Of a DNA stretch of 64,000 nucleotides, positions 62,481-64,000 are shown one piece after another. The translations under genes were made by a program, and so were the position numbers. Within the stretch, counting starts at the first letter, position 1. Every line of letters begins with the position of its first letter. The stretch lies in the NCBI GenBank assembly GCA_963752985.1, contig CAVWAN010000012.1:98933-162932 (forward strand), given 5' to 3'. Below the pieces are notes generated by a model that worked only from the letters and a program-made list of their open reading frames with translations, had not been told where the DNA came from and searched no databases. Origin of the DNA: an uncultured Acidobacteriaceae bacterium. Its GTDB lineage: Bacteria > Acidobacteriota > Terriglobia > Terriglobales > Acidobacteriaceae.

Positions 62481-63194
62481 ATGCCCCTTCCCAACTGGCT
62501 CAAAGTCCTGAACGCTGAAGTCGTCGTTTGCACCCGCTGTCCACGCCTAGTCGAATATCGCGAGCAGATCGCCCGCGAGAAGCGCCGTGCTTATCGCGAC
62601 TGCGAATACTGGGGCAAGCCCGTCCCCGGCTTCGGCGATCCCCACGCCCGCGTTCTCGTGCTTGGACTCGCTCCCGGCGCCCACGGTTCCAATCGCACCG
62701 GACGCCCTTTCACTGGAGATGCTTCGGGAAACTTCATGTATCCAGTGCTGCACGAGACGGGCTTTGCTAATCAGCCCATGGCCAAGGACCGGAACGACGG
62801 GCTGGCGCTCATTGATCTCTACATCACAGCAGCGGGGCGCTGCGCGCCCCCGGATAACAAGCCTCTGCCCGAGGAACTGGCCAACTGCGCTCCGTTTCTG
62901 GAGCGTGAACTGGAAGGACTAAAGGACCTGCGCGTGGTCGTTGCCCTGGGAAGGATCGGCTTCGAAGCCTATCTCAACTATCTGAAGCGAAGAGAGTTCA
63001 TCGCCAGCAAGCGGGAGTATGAATTCCGCCACGGCGCGGAATACTTGCTGCCCGATGGACGCGTCCTTCTGGCGTCCTACCATCCCTCCAACCAGAACAC
63101 GCAGACGGGGAAACTGACCAAGGAGATGTTCGGAAAGATCTTCAAGCGAGCGCGTGAACTGGCCGACGAATCCATGCAGCGGATCCCGTGGTAG
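62481..63194 (+). CDS. uracil-DNA glycosylase, family 5 (UdgB-type, Fe-S)
   Basis: CTRCPRL near the N-terminus. VLVLGLAPGAHGSNRTGRPFTGD corresponds to the family-5 GLAPA(A)HGxNRTG motif rather than family-4 GEAPG. Late SYHPSNQN. Confidence 0.75.
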   Translation: MPLPNWLKVLNAEVVVCTRCPRLVEYREQIAREKRRAYRDCEYWGKPVPGFGDPHARVLVLGLAPGAHGSNRTGRPFTGDASGNFMYPVLHETGFANQPMAKDRNDGLALIDLYITAAGRCAPPDNKPLPEELANCAPFLERELEGLKDLRVVVALGRIGFEAYLNYLKRREFIASKREYEFRHGAEYLLPDGRVLLASYHPSNQNTQTGKLTKEMFGKIFKRARELADESMQRIPW

Positions 63195-63269
63195 GCGGAA
63201 ACCTCTGGGCCGGCATGGAGGACCCGTCTGCTCCGGGGTACGCCGCCCTTTTGTAAGGACACTTTGGTC

Positions 63270-63396
63270 GTGTGGCGCGGACATTCTTGTCCGCGAATGC
63301 GTGCAGCGAATAAAACGTCTGAGGATGGACGCTGGGAAGCCCTAGAAAAAGCAACAGCAACAGCAACGGCCGCGGACAAGAATGTCCGCGCCACAC
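63270..63396 (+). repeat. 127-bp element with perfect 26-bp terminal inverted repeats, copy B (downstream of udg)
   Basis: gtgtggcgcggacattcttgtccgcg ... (caacag)n ... cgcggacaagaatgtccgcgccacac. Confidence 0.9.
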
Positions 63397-63404
63397 AATC
63401 GCGC

Positions 63405-64000
63405 TCAAAATCCTACAAACACCGGTTCGGGTTCCAGCCTCAACGCCCATGTTTCCTGCACGCCCTGCTGGATCTTGTCTTTCAGTTCGACAATGTCGCT
63501 GGCGTGCGCGTCTCCACGGTTGATCAGCGCCAGCGCATGTTTGTGAGAGATCCCGGCTGCTCCTGCCGCATATCCCTTAGAGAACCCTGAGTGTTCCACC
63601 AGCCACGCGGCGGAAACTTTACGTTGCTTGTCGAGGGCAGGATAGCTGGGAATCTCGAGCCCTTTGGATAGCGCGCGCGCCATCAGATCTTTGAACTGCT
63701 CTTCGCTGAGCACGGGGTTCTTGAAGAACGATCCGGCGCTGCGGCAATCTTCGTCTCCGGGGACAATCAGCATGCCTTTGGCTTGCCGTATGGCGCGCAC
63801 CGCCTCGCGTACTTCGGCTAACGATGGCGGTGTTTTCCTTTCGGCAAAGTGCTTTTGCAAGTCGGCATAGTGCAAACTCGGAGCGCCACCGCGCTTCAAA
63901 CGGTAGTTGACTCGCAGGATAATGTAGCGCCCACGTTCGGTGCTGTTAAAGATGCTGGTGCGATAGCGGAATCCACAGGCCGGTTTGGGTAGCACTACAA
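63405..64000 (-). CDS. murB: UDP-N-acetylenolpyruvoylglucosamine reductase (MurB), C-terminal part; the 5' end lies beyond the window
   Basis: CGFRYRTSIF, AGSFFKNP and the C-terminal ...LRLEPEPVFVGF. The frame is open to the window end. Confidence 0.85.
   Translation of the reverse strand, partial: VVLPKPACGFRYRTSIFNSTERGRYIILRVNYRLKRGGAPSLHYADLQKHFAERKTPPSLAEVREAVRAIRQAKGMLIVPGDEDCRSAGSFFKNPVLSEEQFKDLMARALSKGLEIPSYPALDKQRKVSAAWLVEHSGFSKGYAAGAAGISHKHALALINRGDAHASDIVELKDKIQQGVQETWALRLEPEPVFVGF

Noticed and set aside
62343-63396. CRISPR array or poly-Gln coding repeat (caacagcaacag)
   Set aside because: - Only two large elements exist, separated by a 714-bp gene.
- There are no regularly spaced short repeats with unique spacers.
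- The (caacag)n tract lies inside non-coding elements with stops in the flanking frames.

Overview
High-GC bacterial chromosomal segment. Gene content and the abundant palindromic intergenic elements suggest an Acidobacteriota (Terriglobia-like) genome; this is inference only, no search was possible.

**Layout**
- **1-38.8 kb: one large surface-glycan (EPS/LPS-type) locus.**
  - Pseudaminic-acid genes pseG and pseI, plus a possible CMP-sugar transferase.
  - Wzx flippase, a Wzy/O-antigen-ligase-like protein, and six GT4 and two GT2 glycosyltransferases.
  - An Arn/Gtr-like lipid-carrier decoration module: WecE, a WecD-like acetyltransferase, an ArnC-like GT2, an ArnE/F-like flippase and three polytopic membrane proteins (one clearly GT-C-like).
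  - AsnB-type amidotransferase, a glucuronyl C5-epimerase-like protein and a Wza-type export protein.
  - An FkbM/FkbH/ACP/MaoC-SDR/GNAT-like/deacetylase cassette.
  - A WecA/MraY-family initiating transferase.
- **38.9-51.9 kb: envelope and c-di-GMP related genes.** PilZ-GAF-TM-Sel1 protein, AmmeMemoRadiSam radical SAM enzyme, lipoprotein, S9 peptidase, GAF-TM-AMIN-amidase, sugar epimerase, PilZ protein, YihA GTPase and HD-GYP protein.
- **51.9-56.2 kb: a visibly AT-richer accessory islet.** It holds an operonic TcmP/three-Cys DUF5131 pair, a PD-(D/E)xK-like protein and a Phd/YefM-ParE toxin-antitoxin pair bracketed by 82-bp direct repeats. I consider this the best candidate for an uncharacterised system.
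- **56.2-64 kb: housekeeping genes.** lon, clpX, clpP, tig, a family-5 uracil-DNA glycosylase flanked by two inverted-repeat elements, and the 3' part of murB.

No rRNA, tRNA, CRISPR array, transposase or integrase was recognised. Start codons were refined by eye from the ORF track and are approximate. All functional calls rest on motif and family recognition from memory, not on database searches.
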